DNA from: Phycisphaeraceae bacterium
Lineage (GTDB): Bacteria > Planctomycetota > Phycisphaerae > Phycisphaerales > Zrk34
NCBI GenBank assembly: GCA_028282685.1
Contig: JANQHK010000087.1
Span: forward strand, 1,688 to 65,687
Direction: 5' to 3'
DNA length: 64,000 nucleotides
Both the position numbers and the translations under genes were made by a program. The notes below the pieces were generated by a model. That model made no database searches. It saw nothing but the letters and a program-made list of their open reading frames with translations, and had not been told where the DNA came from. This document shows, in pieces, positions 8,671 through 18,537 of this stretch. The number at the start of each line of letters is the position of its first letter. Within the stretch, counting starts at the first letter, position 1.

Positions 8671-10521
8671 TTATCCACCGCCGTTCAGCCCGTGAAGCTG
8701 CGTCTGGCAGAGTACGCGGTAGATGTCCGAGGTTTCCAGCAGCTCGTCGTGCCTGCCGATGGAAGCCACGCGGCCGTCTTCCATGACCACGATCATGTCG
8801 GCGTTGACCACGGTCGACAGGCGGTGCGCGATGACGAACGTGGTCCGGTCGTGCATGAACTCGGATAGCGCTTCGGCGATTTTCGCTTCGGAATCGGCAT
8901 CGATCTGGCTGGTGGCCTCGTCGAGAATCAGGATGGCCGGGTCACGCAGAATGGCCCGGGCGATGGCGATGCGCTGCCGCTGGCCTCCCGATAACCGATC
9001 GCCGAATTCGCCGATCGATGTTTCGTAACCATCGGGCGTGTCCATGATGAACTCGTGCGCATGCGCGCGCCGTGAAGCATCGAGCATCTTCTGTTCGCCG
9101 GCATGACGGGAGCCATAGGTCAGGTTTTCCGCGATGGTGCCGTCGAAGAGAATGGTCTGCTGCGTCACCATGGCCATCTGCTGACGGATGCTGCGCAGGG
9201 AGTGCTCGGCGATATCGCATCCATCGATCAGAATGCGCCCCTGTTGCGGCTCATAAAGGCGCGGCAGCAAACCAACGAGCGTGCTTTTGCCCGACCCGTT
9301 GCCGCCGACAATCGCGCAGACCTGTCCGCGGCGGACGGTGAACCGGACACCCTGCACGGCCGGTCGGCTGCCGGTGGGGTAAGTGAACGACACGTTATCG
9401 ATCGCGACGGACTCAACGTGGCGCTGCAGGGAAGGACGCGATCGATCCTCGCCCCGACGCACGTTGGGTTCAACGGGCATGTGGAGCAGTTCATCGACGC
9501 GCTCGGCCGCGGCGGAAGCGTCCTGCAAATCGTTGTTGAGGTTGCCCAGCGGCGTCAGCGCTCCTCCCGCCATGGCCAGCAATCCCAACACGGCAATAAA
9601 TTCCTTGGGTTCGGTTTCGCCGTAATACACCGCATGGGCCGCGACCAACGCCACAAGAATAAATCCCGCCATGCCGACCAGATCGCTGCTGGGATTGGTC
9701 AACGCCCGAAACAGGCGAGCCCGCATTTCCCTGCTATATAACGTGCGGTTGACGCGATTGAAGCGTCGCCGTTCGTAGCCCTCGGCCTGGTGGACCTTGA
9801 CCACGCGGATCGCCTGCAACCCTTCCTGCACCGCCTTGAGCATGGCGGCGTTTTCCTTCAGCGCGCGTTTGCTGGCTTTGCGAATCTTCCGGCCGAAAAC
9901 GTACAGAATCGTACCGATCAGGGGAAAACCGATCAGAAAAATCACCGTCAAATACCAATCGACAAGCAATGCCACGCCCAGCGCCGCTAAACCCTGCAGG
10001 ATTTTCCGGGGCGCCTTACCGATCAGCGTATTGAATCCGCGACTGAGTTGGCTGCTGTCGCGCATGATGCGGGAGAGTTTGTCAGCGGTGCTGTGATTCA
10101 GCATCACGTTCAGCGGAGTATGCACGAGACGTTGAAACACGTTTTTTCGGACTTTCATCACCGTCCGGTTGGTCAGCGTAATCGCCGTATACTGATGGAC
10201 AAACCGCCCCACCGAACCAATGATCGCCAGCAGAAAAATCACCACCATCGTGGCCACGAATCCCTCAAAGGGATCGGCCGGCACGTACTCCACCCAATGC
10301 AACCGATCGCCGAGAATGGCTACGACGTTATCATCCGTCAGAATTTTTTGGGCCAACGTGCGCGCCGTTTCTTCGCTATCCAGCAACTGGTTGATCACCG
10401 CCACCAACGAACCGAAACCGGCGAAAGCGCACAAGGTGTCCAATAGCATGCCGAAGACCAGCACCACCAACAGGGTGCGATGCTGCAACAACTGTCTGAA
10501 ATATTGCCAGAACTTATCCAT
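8671..10521 (-). CDS. ABC transporter, fused permease/ATPase (MsbA/lipid-exporter-like type I exporter)
   Basis: 616 aa. The N-terminal half has six hydrophobic segments. The C-terminal NBD has Walker A GGNGSGKST, signature LSGGQRQR and Walker B ILILDEATS. Confidence 0.9.
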   Translation of the reverse strand: MDKFWQYFRQLLQHRTLLVVLVFGMLLDTLCAFAGFGSLVAVINQLLDSEETARTLAQKILTDDNVVAILGDRLHWVEYVPADPFEGFVATMVVIFLLAIIGSVGRFVHQYTAITLTNRTVMKVRKNVFQRLVHTPLNVMLNHSTADKLSRIMRDSSQLSRGFNTLIGKAPRKILQGLAALGVALLVDWYLTVIFLIGFPLIGTILYVFGRKIRKASKRALKENAAMLKAVQEGLQAIRVVKVHQAEGYERRRFNRVNRTLYSREMRARLFRALTNPSSDLVGMAGFILVALVAAHAVYYGETEPKEFIAVLGLLAMAGGALTPLGNLNNDLQDASAAAERVDELLHMPVEPNVRRGEDRSRPSLQRHVESVAIDNVSFTYPTGSRPAVQGVRFTVRRGQVCAIVGGNGSGKSTLVGLLPRLYEPQQGRILIDGCDIAEHSLRSIRQQMAMVTQQTILFDGTIAENLTYGSRHAGEQKMLDASRRAHAHEFIMDTPDGYETSIGEFGDRLSGGQRQRIAIARAILRDPAILILDEATSQIDADSEAKIAEALSEFMHDRTTFVIAHRLSTVVNADMIVVMEDGRVASIGRHDELLETSDIYRVLCQTQLHGLNGGG

Positions 10522-10539
10522 GCTGATCCACCCGCGGCG

Positions 10540-10860
10540 TCAGCCGGACTTGCGGAAGACGGCCACGATGTTTTCCACCGGCACAACGAACAATCGGTTG
10601 TCGCCCTCGAAGTCGACCGGAATCGCTTCCTTGGGATTGAACAGCACGCGATCGTACTGGGCAATCGGGTAGTCCGGGTCGTTCTGAACCTGGGCGCTGA
10701 TGGAGACCACGCGGCCGGTCAGTGTGGGGATTTCGATCTTGTCGGGAAGATGAATGCCGCTCTTGGTCTGCTTCTTGTCCTCATCCTTGCGAATGAGCAC
10801 GCGCAGGCCGATCGGCTCGACGGTTTCCAGTTCGGTCTTGGAGGAATTGGCCTGGTTCAT
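10540..10860 (-). CDS. GroES/Cpn10-family protein (stand-alone, no groEL nearby)
   Basis: ORF 10540..10956, with the start moved to ATG 10860. The 106-aa product is co-linear with GroES as I recall it. [25 protein letters not shown] corresponds to [35 protein letters not shown] corresponds to [44 protein letters not shown] corresponds to [34 protein letters not shown]. Confidence 0.7.
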   Translation of the reverse strand: [106 protein letters not shown]

Positions 10861-10967
10861 ATCGCAGCGACCTCGTAAACTTGCGATTTTAACGTCGACC
10901 AGGCCGAACCGCCAACGCTTTGCCGATTTCGTCGAATCGGGTACAACCACGTTCAAGGAGCAACCCC

Positions 10968-11489
10968 ATGGACATCGACCTGCACGATTTCCTTCGCACC
11001 GTGCCCGACTGGCCCAAGCCCGGCATCGACTTTATCGACATCACCCCCCTGCTCAACGACTCCCGCGCCCTGGCGCTGGCCGTGGAGCGGATGGCCAATC
11101 CGTTCCGCAATCGGCGGATCGATATCGTCGCCGGGGCCGAGAGCCGCGGTTTTATCTTCGGCACCGCGCTGGCGCAAGCGCTGAGTTGCGGTTTCATACC
11201 CATCCGCAAGCCGGGCAAGCTGCCCTGGAAAACATTCGATCATACCTACGCACTGGAATACGGCACCGACACGCTGGAGATTCATCAGGACGCCATCCGA
11301 TCCGGTCAACGCGTGATCATCGTCGACGATCTGCTGGCGACCGGCGGCACAATGCAGGCCTGCTGCGAAATGATCAACAAACTCGGCGGCGACATCGTCG
11401 GTATCAGCATCCTGATCGAATTGGCCAAGCTCCAAGGCCGCGCGAAAATCGAACCTTACGCGCCGATTCACGTGGTGCTGAGTTGTTAG
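10968..11489 (+). CDS. apt: adenine phosphoribosyltransferase
   Basis: ORF 10920..11489, with the start at ATG 10968 (MDIDLHDFLRTVPDWPKPGIDFIDITPLL). The PRPP loop VIIVDDLLATGGT is present. Confidence 0.93.
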   Translation: MDIDLHDFLRTVPDWPKPGIDFIDITPLLNDSRALALAVERMANPFRNRRIDIVAGAESRGFIFGTALAQALSCGFIPIRKPGKLPWKTFDHTYALEYGTDTLEIHQDAIRSGQRVIIVDDLLATGGTMQACCEMINKLGGDIVGISILIELAKLQGRAKIEPYAPIHVVLSC

Positions 11490-11535
11490 CCACGAAGCGG
11501 TTTTTTAGATGACATGATGCGCACAGCCGGGGTGC

Positions 11536-11563
11536 CACATGTTGACCCGAAGGGCAACATGTG
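11536..11563. terminator. perfect 9-bp hairpin between convergent apt and mfd (possible bidirectional terminator)
   Basis: CACATGTTG (11536-11544) pairs with CAACATGTG (11555-11563). The loop can extend the stem by CCC/GGG. There is no clear U-run on either strand, so terminator function is uncertain. Confidence 0.3.
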
Positions 11564-11631
11564 CGATTTACGCATATACGACAAACACACTTTGCGGCCT
11601 CGCAAACTCAGCCGTCAAAGTGTGACACCCA

Positions 11632-14600
11632 TCATTTCCCCAGCGGCTTGACGAAGTGTTCCTTCAACATCTCCAGTAATTCATCTGGTGTTTCGGTCAG
11701 GTCGGCCGGAGGGCGGTGGTAGACCGTGGCGGGTTTGCCGTCGTCGGGCGGATCGACCAGGCGCACCGAACCGGGCGCGCCGTTCAGGCGATCGTATAAC
11801 GTGGTCAGGCGCGGCGTGGTGTAGATCAGATCACGGTCCTTGAGCTTGAGTGATTCCACGCCAACCGTTCCGAGCCCGACGCGGATCGCCGCCAGCTCGA
11901 GCAGCAATTCGGTCGGGGCCGGCAGATCGCCGTAGGCCTCGCGCAGGTCTTCGGCGATGCAGTCCAGTTCCGCGGGGGTATCGGCGGTGGCGATGCGGCG
12001 GTAGGCGGCCATGCGCCGTGCAGAGTTGGGCAGCCAGAGGCGCGGCAGGTGGCCGGCAAGGTTGAGTTCCATGTGCGTGCGCACCGGACGGGCCGTTTTC
12101 TCTTGTTGCAGTTCCCGCGTGGTCTGCTCCAGCAACCGGCAGTACATCTGATAGCCGACCGAGGCGATGTGTCCGGACTGCTCGGGGCCGAGCAGGTTGC
12201 CGACGCCGCGGATTTCCATGTCGCGCATGGCGATCTTGAATCCCGCGCCGAGCATGGAGCATTCCTCGATGGCGCGCAGGCGGCGCGCCGCCACATCACT
12301 GACCGGCCGCTGCTGCGGCAGCATCAGGTAACAGTATGCGCGGTGCTTGTACCGGCCGACCCGACCGCGCAACTGGTGCAACTCCGCCAGGCCGAATCGA
12401 TCGGCGTCGTTGATGAACATCGTGTTGGCAGTGGGTATGTCGATGCCGGATTCGATGATCGTGGTGCAGACCAGCACGTCGACCCGGCGATCGAGGAATC
12501 GCATCATCACCGCTTCCAGCTCGCGCGGGCGCATCTGGCCGTGGGCGTACTCCACGCGTGCTTCGGGGACGAGCCGATGCACCTCGTCGGCGATGGAGCG
12601 GATGTTGTAGACGCGGTTGTGGACGAAGAAACACTGTCCATCGCGGTTCAGTTCCCGCAGGATGGCCTGGCGGATACGATGGCTGTCGTAGGCAAGCACC
12701 TCGGTCACCACGGCCCGCCGGTCGGCCGGAGGCGTCGCCAGAGAACTGATGCTGCGCAGGCCCAGCAGCGCCTGGTGCAGCGTGCGCGGGATCGGTGTGG
12801 CCGACATCGTCAGTACGTCCACCGTCACGCGAAAGCGCATCAGCTTGTTTTTGTGCTCCACGCCAAAACGCTGCTCCTCATCCACAACGATCAGGCCCAG
12901 ATCCTTGAACGTCACATCGTCAGAAAGCAGTCGGTGCGTCCCGATCACCAAGTCCACCCGGCCCTCGGCCAGTTCGCGGACGATGCGCCCGGCCTCGGCG
13001 CCGCACTTGAATCGACTCAGACTTTCCACACGGACCGGATAATCGGCCATGCGCTGGCGGAACGTGCGCTCGTGCTGCTCGCAGAGCACCGTCGTCGGGC
13101 AGAGTACGGCAACCTGTTTGCCGTGTTCGATGGCCTTGAACGCGGCCCGGATGGCCAGCTCCGTCTTGCCGTAGCCGACATCGCCGCAGAGCAAGCGATC
13201 CATCGAACGATCGTCCGACATGTCCTTCTTGATCTCAGTCATGGCGGCCAGTTGATCTTCCGTCTCGGTATAGGGAAACTCGGCTTCAAAACGGCGCATC
13301 CATTCGGTGTCGGCGGGGTATCGGATCCCCGGTGAATTGTCGCGCGCCGCTTGTACGCGCAACAGTTCCGCCGCCATATCGCGCACGGCCTCGGCCACCT
13401 GCTGTTTCTGTTTCGACCACCGCCCACCGCCCAACTTGCTCAACGGCGGACGCCCGGCGAATCCCCCCACATACTTCTGCACTTTTTCAATCTGCGAAGC
13501 GGGGACGTGCAGCAAGGCCCGGCCGTCGAATTGCAGCGTCAGGTATTCTTCGCCCGGCCCGTTACCCTGGGTCATGGTGCGCAAGCCCTGAAATCGTGCG
13601 ATGCCGTGGTCCTCGTGAACGACGTAATCCCCCTCATCCAGATCGAAGAAGGTCTGCGTTGAAATGCCACCCCGTACGCTACGTACACGGCGCCGCACGG
13701 TATATCGGTGGAACAATTCGTGATTGGGGACCAGCGCCCATTTCCCCCAGGTAAAGCCGCGATGCAAATAGCCGAGTTCCGCACGTATCGCTTCGGCAGA
13801 CCCGGCGTCGAGTTGATCGGCCAGCAACTGCTCCAGTCGATCGCGTTCGGCATCGTTGGCACAGAGCACCGCCACCTGTTGCGATTTGCCCTCGGCCAAT
13901 TCGCCCAACTCCGACACGGCCTGCGTGGCTTGATCGGCAAAACCGGGCAACGGGCTGACGGGCAGATCGACCTTGCGATCCGTCCCCGCGGACTGAGCGA
14001 TCTGGTTGATCTCAACGCGGGCAAAGCGATTCATCGCCTTGAACACCGCCGCGGGAGGGTAGATGCCGCGATCATCGGTGAGGCGTTGGTAGTAACCGCG
14101 CGCCTGCTCGGAGATTTCGAGCATCTCCGCGAAGACCACGATGGTCTTCTTGTCCATGCGCTCCCACAGCCCCGTGGCGTCCGCCAGCTCCAGCAGCGAT
14201 TCAGCCGCCGCACCGACCAGACGAACCGAATCAAGCTTTCGATCCGAACCCATGGAGTCGAGGTCGATCTCGGCGATGTGGTCGATCTGATCGCCGAAGA
14301 AATCGATGCGCACCGGACCGGTTTCACCGGGCGTGTAGATATCGACGATTCCGCCGCGCACGGTATAGTCGCCAACGATGTCGATCGCATCCACACGTTG
14401 GTAGCCGACATCCTCCAGCCAGCGCACCAGGTCACCGGGGTCCATGGTTCGTCCCGTTTCAAGCGGGCGGATCAGATCGGCCATGGCTTCGCCTGTCGGG
14501 ACGGCCTGCATCAGGGCCTGGATCGGCGCAACGATGACGTCTGGCTGGTCGTCCTGCTCGAGCGTATTGGCCAATCCAAGCCGTTGGGTCAGTTGTTCGA

Positions 14601-14883
14601 GAGAGACGTTGGTCTCACCGGGCATCATCTCCAGTGCGTTGAACTGGGCGACGTTGAGGCCTTCGTAGAGGGCGAGGTCTTCGGCCGCCTCATCAGCATC
14701 GTCGAGGTGGGCCACGATCAGCAGCAGCGGTCGCCCGGTTTGGCTTTGGATCGCTCCGGCCAGCAGATGCGCGCACGAGCCCCAAGCGCCCGCCGCCTCG
14801 ATGCCGTCGGCTTTCGTCAGTGCCTCGGCGATCCGCCGCACCTCATCGCCGGCCTGGATTGTCGTCAGCCAATTACGGCCCAT
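11632..14883 (-). CDS. mfd: transcription-repair coupling factor Mfd
   Basis: 1083 aa. It has a UvrB-homology N-terminal region, a CarD-like segment (DYVVHEDHGIARFQG), and a superfamily-2 helicase core (Walker A GDVGYGKTE, DEEQRFGV, RGRVGR). Confidence 0.95.
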   Translation of the reverse strand: MGRNWLTTIQAGDEVRRIAEALTKADGIEAAGAWGSCAHLLAGAIQSQTGRPLLLIVAHLDDADEAAEDLALYEGLNVAQFNALEMMPGETNVSLEQLTQRLGLANTLEQDDQPDVIVAPIQALMQAVPTGEAMADLIRPLETGRTMDPGDLVRWLEDVGYQRVDAIDIVGDYTVRGGIVDIYTPGETGPVRIDFFGDQIDHIAEIDLDSMGSDRKLDSVRLVGAAAESLLELADATGLWERMDKKTIVVFAEMLEISEQARGYYQRLTDDRGIYPPAAVFKAMNRFARVEINQIAQSAGTDRKVDLPVSPLPGFADQATQAVSELGELAEGKSQQVAVLCANDAERDRLEQLLADQLDAGSAEAIRAELGYLHRGFTWGKWALVPNHELFHRYTVRRRVRSVRGGISTQTFFDLDEGDYVVHEDHGIARFQGLRTMTQGNGPGEEYLTLQFDGRALLHVPASQIEKVQKYVGGFAGRPPLSKLGGGRWSKQKQQVAEAVRDMAAELLRVQAARDNSPGIRYPADTEWMRRFEAEFPYTETEDQLAAMTEIKKDMSDDRSMDRLLCGDVGYGKTELAIRAAFKAIEHGKQVAVLCPTTVLCEQHERTFRQRMADYPVRVESLSRFKCGAEAGRIVRELAEGRVDLVIGTHRLLSDDVTFKDLGLIVVDEEQRFGVEHKNKLMRFRVTVDVLTMSATPIPRTLHQALLGLRSISSLATPPADRRAVVTEVLAYDSHRIRQAILRELNRDGQCFFVHNRVYNIRSIADEVHRLVPEARVEYAHGQMRPRELEAVMMRFLDRRVDVLVCTTIIESGIDIPTANTMFINDADRFGLAELHQLRGRVGRYKHRAYCYLMLPQQRPVSDVAARRLRAIEECSMLGAGFKIAMRDMEIRGVGNLLGPEQSGHIASVGYQMYCRLLEQTTRELQQEKTARPVRTHMELNLAGHLPRLWLPNSARRMAAYRRIATADTPAELDCIAEDLREAYGDLPAPTELLLELAAIRVGLGTVGVESLKLKDRDLIYTTPRLTTLYDRLNGAPGSVRLVDPPDDGKPATVYHRPPADLTETPDELLEMLKEHFVKPLGK

Positions 14884-14962
14884 GGTTGTTTCCTGCGCGC
14901 ACGTCCAACCACCGGCCGAGGAAAATCGGCGGTGGCCGGAGAAACCTGGATGTCGACCGACG

Positions 14963-15520
14963 CTACTCGATGTTTCGTCGGCCGTTTCGTATCGTCACCG
15001 GGACGGTATAACCCCCATCGACGCGATCGGGATCAACCGCTGGAGCAATGTCGGGGACATTTTCCAGAGTGCGAATCATGGCGATCTCATCGCAGGCATC
15101 GTGCTTGGGACAACGCACGCATTCGCTCCAGACTTTCAGCGGCAGCATCATCCGATCGACCACCGCAAAGTCGCACTTCTCAAAAAATGCTTTTTCGTAG
15201 GTCAGGGCGAACAGCCGTTGCACACCCAGCGTCCCGGCTTCCCCGGCACAGGCCTGAACCAACTGTTTTCCAACGCCCTTCCCACGCGCCGCTTCGCCGA
15301 CCACCAGGGCGTAGACCTCGGCGAGATTCGCCCACATCACGCGCAGTCCCGCCAAGCCGACCACGCGTCCGTCGTTATCACAGGCAACATGGAAATCGCG
15401 CAGGCCCTCGTACAACTCGGCCAAAGAACGGTGCAGCATCAGCCCGCGCTCGGCCGCTTCGTTGACCAGCGCCGCCATGGGCGGGACATCCGCCGTTCGG
15501 GCTTTGCGTATCGTGCTCAT
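14963..15520 (-). CDS. GNAT-family N-acetyltransferase (short ArgA-like amino-acid N-acetyltransferase)
   Basis: 185 aa. The acetyl-CoA motif VVGEAARGKGVGKQLV is present, and the C-terminal KVWSECVRCPKHDACDEIAM block is typical of the short N-acetylglutamate-synthase-like group. Confidence 0.8.
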   Translation of the reverse strand: MSTIRKARTADVPPMAALVNEAAERGLMLHRSLAELYEGLRDFHVACDNDGRVVGLAGLRVMWANLAEVYALVVGEAARGKGVGKQLVQACAGEAGTLGVQRLFALTYEKAFFEKCDFAVVDRMMLPLKVWSECVRCPKHDACDEIAMIRTLENVPDIAPAVDPDRVDGGYTVPVTIRNGRRNIE

Positions 15521-15611
15521 TATCGCACCATTGGACGAAACAGGACATTATATCGACCACCGGACATTTGGCCCGTTCGACTTTGCCGACGAATCTGCTA
15601 AGGTGACGGCC

Positions 15612-16592
15612 ATGGCGGAAAATGCACCATCCGATACGCCGTCCCTGGCGGTCGATCTGGCCGGGATCGCGTTGGCCAACCCGATGATGACCGCCTCGGG
15701 CACGTGCGGTTACGCCGATGAATACGCCGATTTCACCGACCTGTCCCGCTTCGGGGCGTTTGTGACCAAGTCGATCACGCGCGAGGTCCGCCCGGGCAAC
15801 GCCGCCTACCGCATCGTCGAAACCCGGGCCGGGATGCTCAATGCGATCGGCCTGGCGAACGTCGGGCTGGATGCATTTCTGGAAGAGAAGATTCCGAAGC
15901 TGGAGAAACTCGGCCCGCCGATCATCGCGAACGTGGCCGGGCACAGCATCGACGATTACGTGCACACCGCAGCGAAGATTGCCGAGCAGCCGGTCATCCG
16001 TGCGATCGAGTTGAACGTCTCCTGCCCGAACGTGGCGGACGGGCTGACCTTCGGAACCGACCCGAAACTGCTGGAAACGCTGGTCGGCGAGGTGCGCTCG
16101 GCGATGGACGAGCGCGTCAAACTGATCGTCAAGCTCTCGCCCAACGCAACGGACGTGGTGGCGACAGCCGATGCGGCAGTGCGCGGCGGGGCGCAGGGAT
16201 TGAGCTTGATCAATACCTTCACCGCCATGGCCATCGACGTGTACAAGCGCAAACCGCGACTGGCCAACGGCACGGGCGGGTTGTCCGGCCCGGCGATCCG
16301 GCCCATCGCCGTCTACCTGACGCGTATGGTTTACTGCCATGTCGCCAAGCCCGCGGGCATTCCGCTGATCGGCATGGGCGGGATTCAAACCTGGACCGAT
16401 GCGGCGGAGTTCCTGCTGGCCGGGGCGAGCGGTCTGGCCGTCGGCACCGCGCTGTTCATCAATCCCAACCTGCCGCTGACGATCGGCGACGGCTTGCGCG
16501 ACTGGCTGAACAAACTCGGCTGCCGATCCGTCACCGAAGTCATCGGCACGCTCGACTGGCAGCCCAACGGCAGTCCCCTACCCAACCAATGA
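15612..16592 (+). CDS. pyrD: dihydroorotate dehydrogenase (class 1 type)
   Basis: ORF 15462..16592, with the start moved to ATG 15612. Blocks NPMMTASGTCGY, ELNVSCPNV, LSLINT and IGMGGI are present. No pyrK electron-transfer subunit is adjacent. Confidence 0.92.
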   Translation: MAENAPSDTPSLAVDLAGIALANPMMTASGTCGYADEYADFTDLSRFGAFVTKSITREVRPGNAAYRIVETRAGMLNAIGLANVGLDAFLEEKIPKLEKLGPPIIANVAGHSIDDYVHTAAKIAEQPVIRAIELNVSCPNVADGLTFGTDPKLLETLVGEVRSAMDERVKLIVKLSPNATDVVATADAAVRGGAQGLSLINTFTAMAIDVYKRKPRLANGTGGLSGPAIRPIAVYLTRMVYCHVAKPAGIPLIGMGGIQTWTDAAEFLLAGASGLAVGTALFINPNLPLTIGDGLRDWLNKLGCRSVTEVIGTLDWQPNGSPLPNQ

Positions 16593-16994
16593 GTGCTTGT
16601 GGACCAGGCCACCCGGGAACATTTCGATGCGCTGGTCGATCGCGTGGTGGATGCGCTGCCGCGGCAATTAAAATACCTGCTGGGCGAGGTGCCGCTGATC
16701 GTCGAGGACCACCCGTCCGACCCGATCATGCAAGAGTTCGAGATGGAATCGCGCGATGAGTTGTGCGGCCTGCACGATGGCATCGCCCTGACGGAGCGGA
16801 CCGCTGAAGACCCGCCGGAACTGCCGGGTGAAGTGATTATTTATCGCGAGGGAATCATTGCCCATACGCGCGATCTGTATGGCCAAGTGACCGACGAAGG
16901 CCTGATCGAGCAAATCCGCATCACGATCCTGCATGAGATCGGCCACCACTTCGGCCTCGACGAAGATAAATTGGCGGAACTGGGATACGACTAG
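16593..16994 (+). CDS. zincin-like metallopeptidase family protein (small HExxH protein)
   Basis: 133 aa. The GTG start lies directly after the pyrD stop codon. The C-terminal motif is ILHEIGHHFGLDEDKLAELG. Confidence 0.7.
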   Translation: MLVDQATREHFDALVDRVVDALPRQLKYLLGEVPLIVEDHPSDPIMQEFEMESRDELCGLHDGIALTERTAEDPPELPGEVIIYREGIIAHTRDLYGQVTDEGLIEQIRITILHEIGHHFGLDEDKLAELGYD

Positions 16995-17005
16995 AGAATG
17001 CCAAA

Positions 17006-17075
17006 CCGCAGAGGCGCAGAGACACAGAGATTAGATACAGACTGGATATTCCTCTGCGACTCTGTGCCTCTGTGG
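17006..17075. repeat. imperfect 24-nt inverted repeat (REP-like hairpin) between convergent genes
   Basis: Left arm ccgcagaggcgcagagacacagag (17006-17029) pairs with right arm ctctgcgactctgtgcctctgtgg (17052-17075). I count 20 Watson-Crick pairs, 2 G-U pairs and 2 mismatches, with a 22-nt AT-rich loop. Confidence 0.6.
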
Positions 17076-17091
17076 TATTTCTTGCGATTAA

Positions 17092-18537
17092 TTATTTACT
17101 GCTACTCTTAATTTTCTTCTTCTCAAACTCCGCATCGTATTTCGGGTTCGGCTCGGTCGGCACCGGCGCTTTGGTCTGTTTGCGCCACTGCTTGAGCAGG
17201 CCGTGCAATTCTTTGACTTTATCGGGGCGTTTGTCGGCGAGGTTGGTGGTCTCGCCGAGGTCGGTTTCGAGGTTGTACAGTTCGAGTTCGCCGTCCTCGA
17301 AGTATTCGTGCAGTTTCCAGTTGCCCAGTCGCACCACGCTGCCCGGGCGCGTGCGGAACAGCGGATCGCGGTTGCCCGCGTTGGAGCCGTAGTTTTCCAG
17401 GTAGATCGGAAAATGCCAGAACAGTGCGCGTTCGCCCAGCGTTCCCTTGCCGGTCAGTAACGGCACGATGCTGACGCCATCGAGTAATTTACCCCGCGGA
17501 GCGGATACGCCGGCCGCCTCCAGGAATGTCGGAAAGAAATCCACACCATGCACCGGCACGTCGCATTTCGTATCCGGCTTGGTCTTACCGGGCCAGCGCA
17601 CAATCATCGGCTCGCGGATGCCGCCTTCGTAGTAGGCGCCCTTGCCGGCGCGCAGCGGGGCCTGTGACGAGATTTTCGCTATGCCGCCGTTGTCCGAGCA
17701 GAACAGGACGAGCGTGTCATCCGTCAACCCCAGTTCATCCAACTTCGTCAGCACCCTGCCGACGCATTGGTCCATGTGTTCGACCATCGCCCCGTACGTG
17801 GCGTGCGACTGGCCCGGGCCACCTTTTCTTTTTTTGTATTTTGCAATTGTGTCTTTCGGGGCCTGCAACGGCGTATGCACCGAATACATCGAGAAGTACA
17901 TGAAGAACGGCCGATTGTTCCCGTCTTCGAGAAACTTGACGGCCTCTTCGGCCAGACGATGAGGCAGGTGTTCGCCCTTCGGCCCATCGGGCAACTGCGG
18001 ATTCTTATACGGACTGAAATATCCACCCCGGGGAGCGCCGGAGCTATTGCCGCCGATGTTCACATCAAAGCCCTGCGTACGGGGATTCTTGCCCAGATGC
18101 CACTTGCCCAGATGAATCGTGCGATACCCCGCGGTCTTCAGCGCCTCGGCGATGGTGATCTGTTGGTCGGCCAGAGCGGTGCGATTGGGCGTCGGAATCA
18201 GTTTGCGCGTGCGTGCATCGCCGCGTTCGGAAGTGCCCACGGTGAATACGCCATGCCGGGGCGTGTACTGACCACTCATGCAACAGGCGCGGCTCGGTGC
18301 ACAGTTCGACGCCGGGGCATACGCATTGGTGAACACCATGCCCTGCTTCGCCAGGCGGTCGAGGTTCGGCGTTTGATAGAACGTACTGCCCATGAAGCCG
18401 ACATCGCGCCAGCCCAGGTCGTCGATGTTAATGTAGAGGATGTTGGGCCGAGCGGATGCTTCGGCCGGACAAGGCCCCGAAGCACACGCCGCGAGAAAGC
18501 ATACGGCTCCGAAAATCCAAAGATTCTGGTACATCAC
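17092..18537 (-). CDS. sulfatase (formylglycine-dependent arylsulfatase family), secreted/lipoprotein
   Basis: 481 aa with signal MMYQNLWIFGAVCFLAACAS. The sulfatase signature CAPSRACCMSG (C-x-P-S-R) and metal-site blocks NIDDLGWRD and GKWHLG are present. An AAGGAG RBS precedes the ATG. Confidence 0.9.
   Translation of the reverse strand: MMYQNLWIFGAVCFLAACASGPCPAEASARPNILYINIDDLGWRDVGFMGSTFYQTPNLDRLAKQGMVFTNAYAPASNCAPSRACCMSGQYTPRHGVFTVGTSERGDARTRKLIPTPNRTALADQQITIAEALKTAGYRTIHLGKWHLGKNPRTQGFDVNIGGNSSGAPRGGYFSPYKNPQLPDGPKGEHLPHRLAEEAVKFLEDGNNRPFFMYFSMYSVHTPLQAPKDTIAKYKKRKGGPGQSHATYGAMVEHMDQCVGRVLTKLDELGLTDDTLVLFCSDNGGIAKISSQAPLRAGKGAYYEGGIREPMIVRWPGKTKPDTKCDVPVHGVDFFPTFLEAAGVSAPRGKLLDGVSIVPLLTGKGTLGERALFWHFPIYLENYGSNAGNRDPLFRTRPGSVVRLGNWKLHEYFEDGELELYNLETDLGETTNLADKRPDKVKELHGLLKQWRKQTKAPVPTEPNPKYDAEFEKKKIKSSSK

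Noticed and set aside
12049-15465. Plus-strand ORFs of 428 aa and 585 aa opposite mfd and the GNAT gene
   Set aside because: They are antisense to genes with clear motif support. The translations are Arg/Gly/Ala-rich with no domains, so these are high-GC shadow ORFs.
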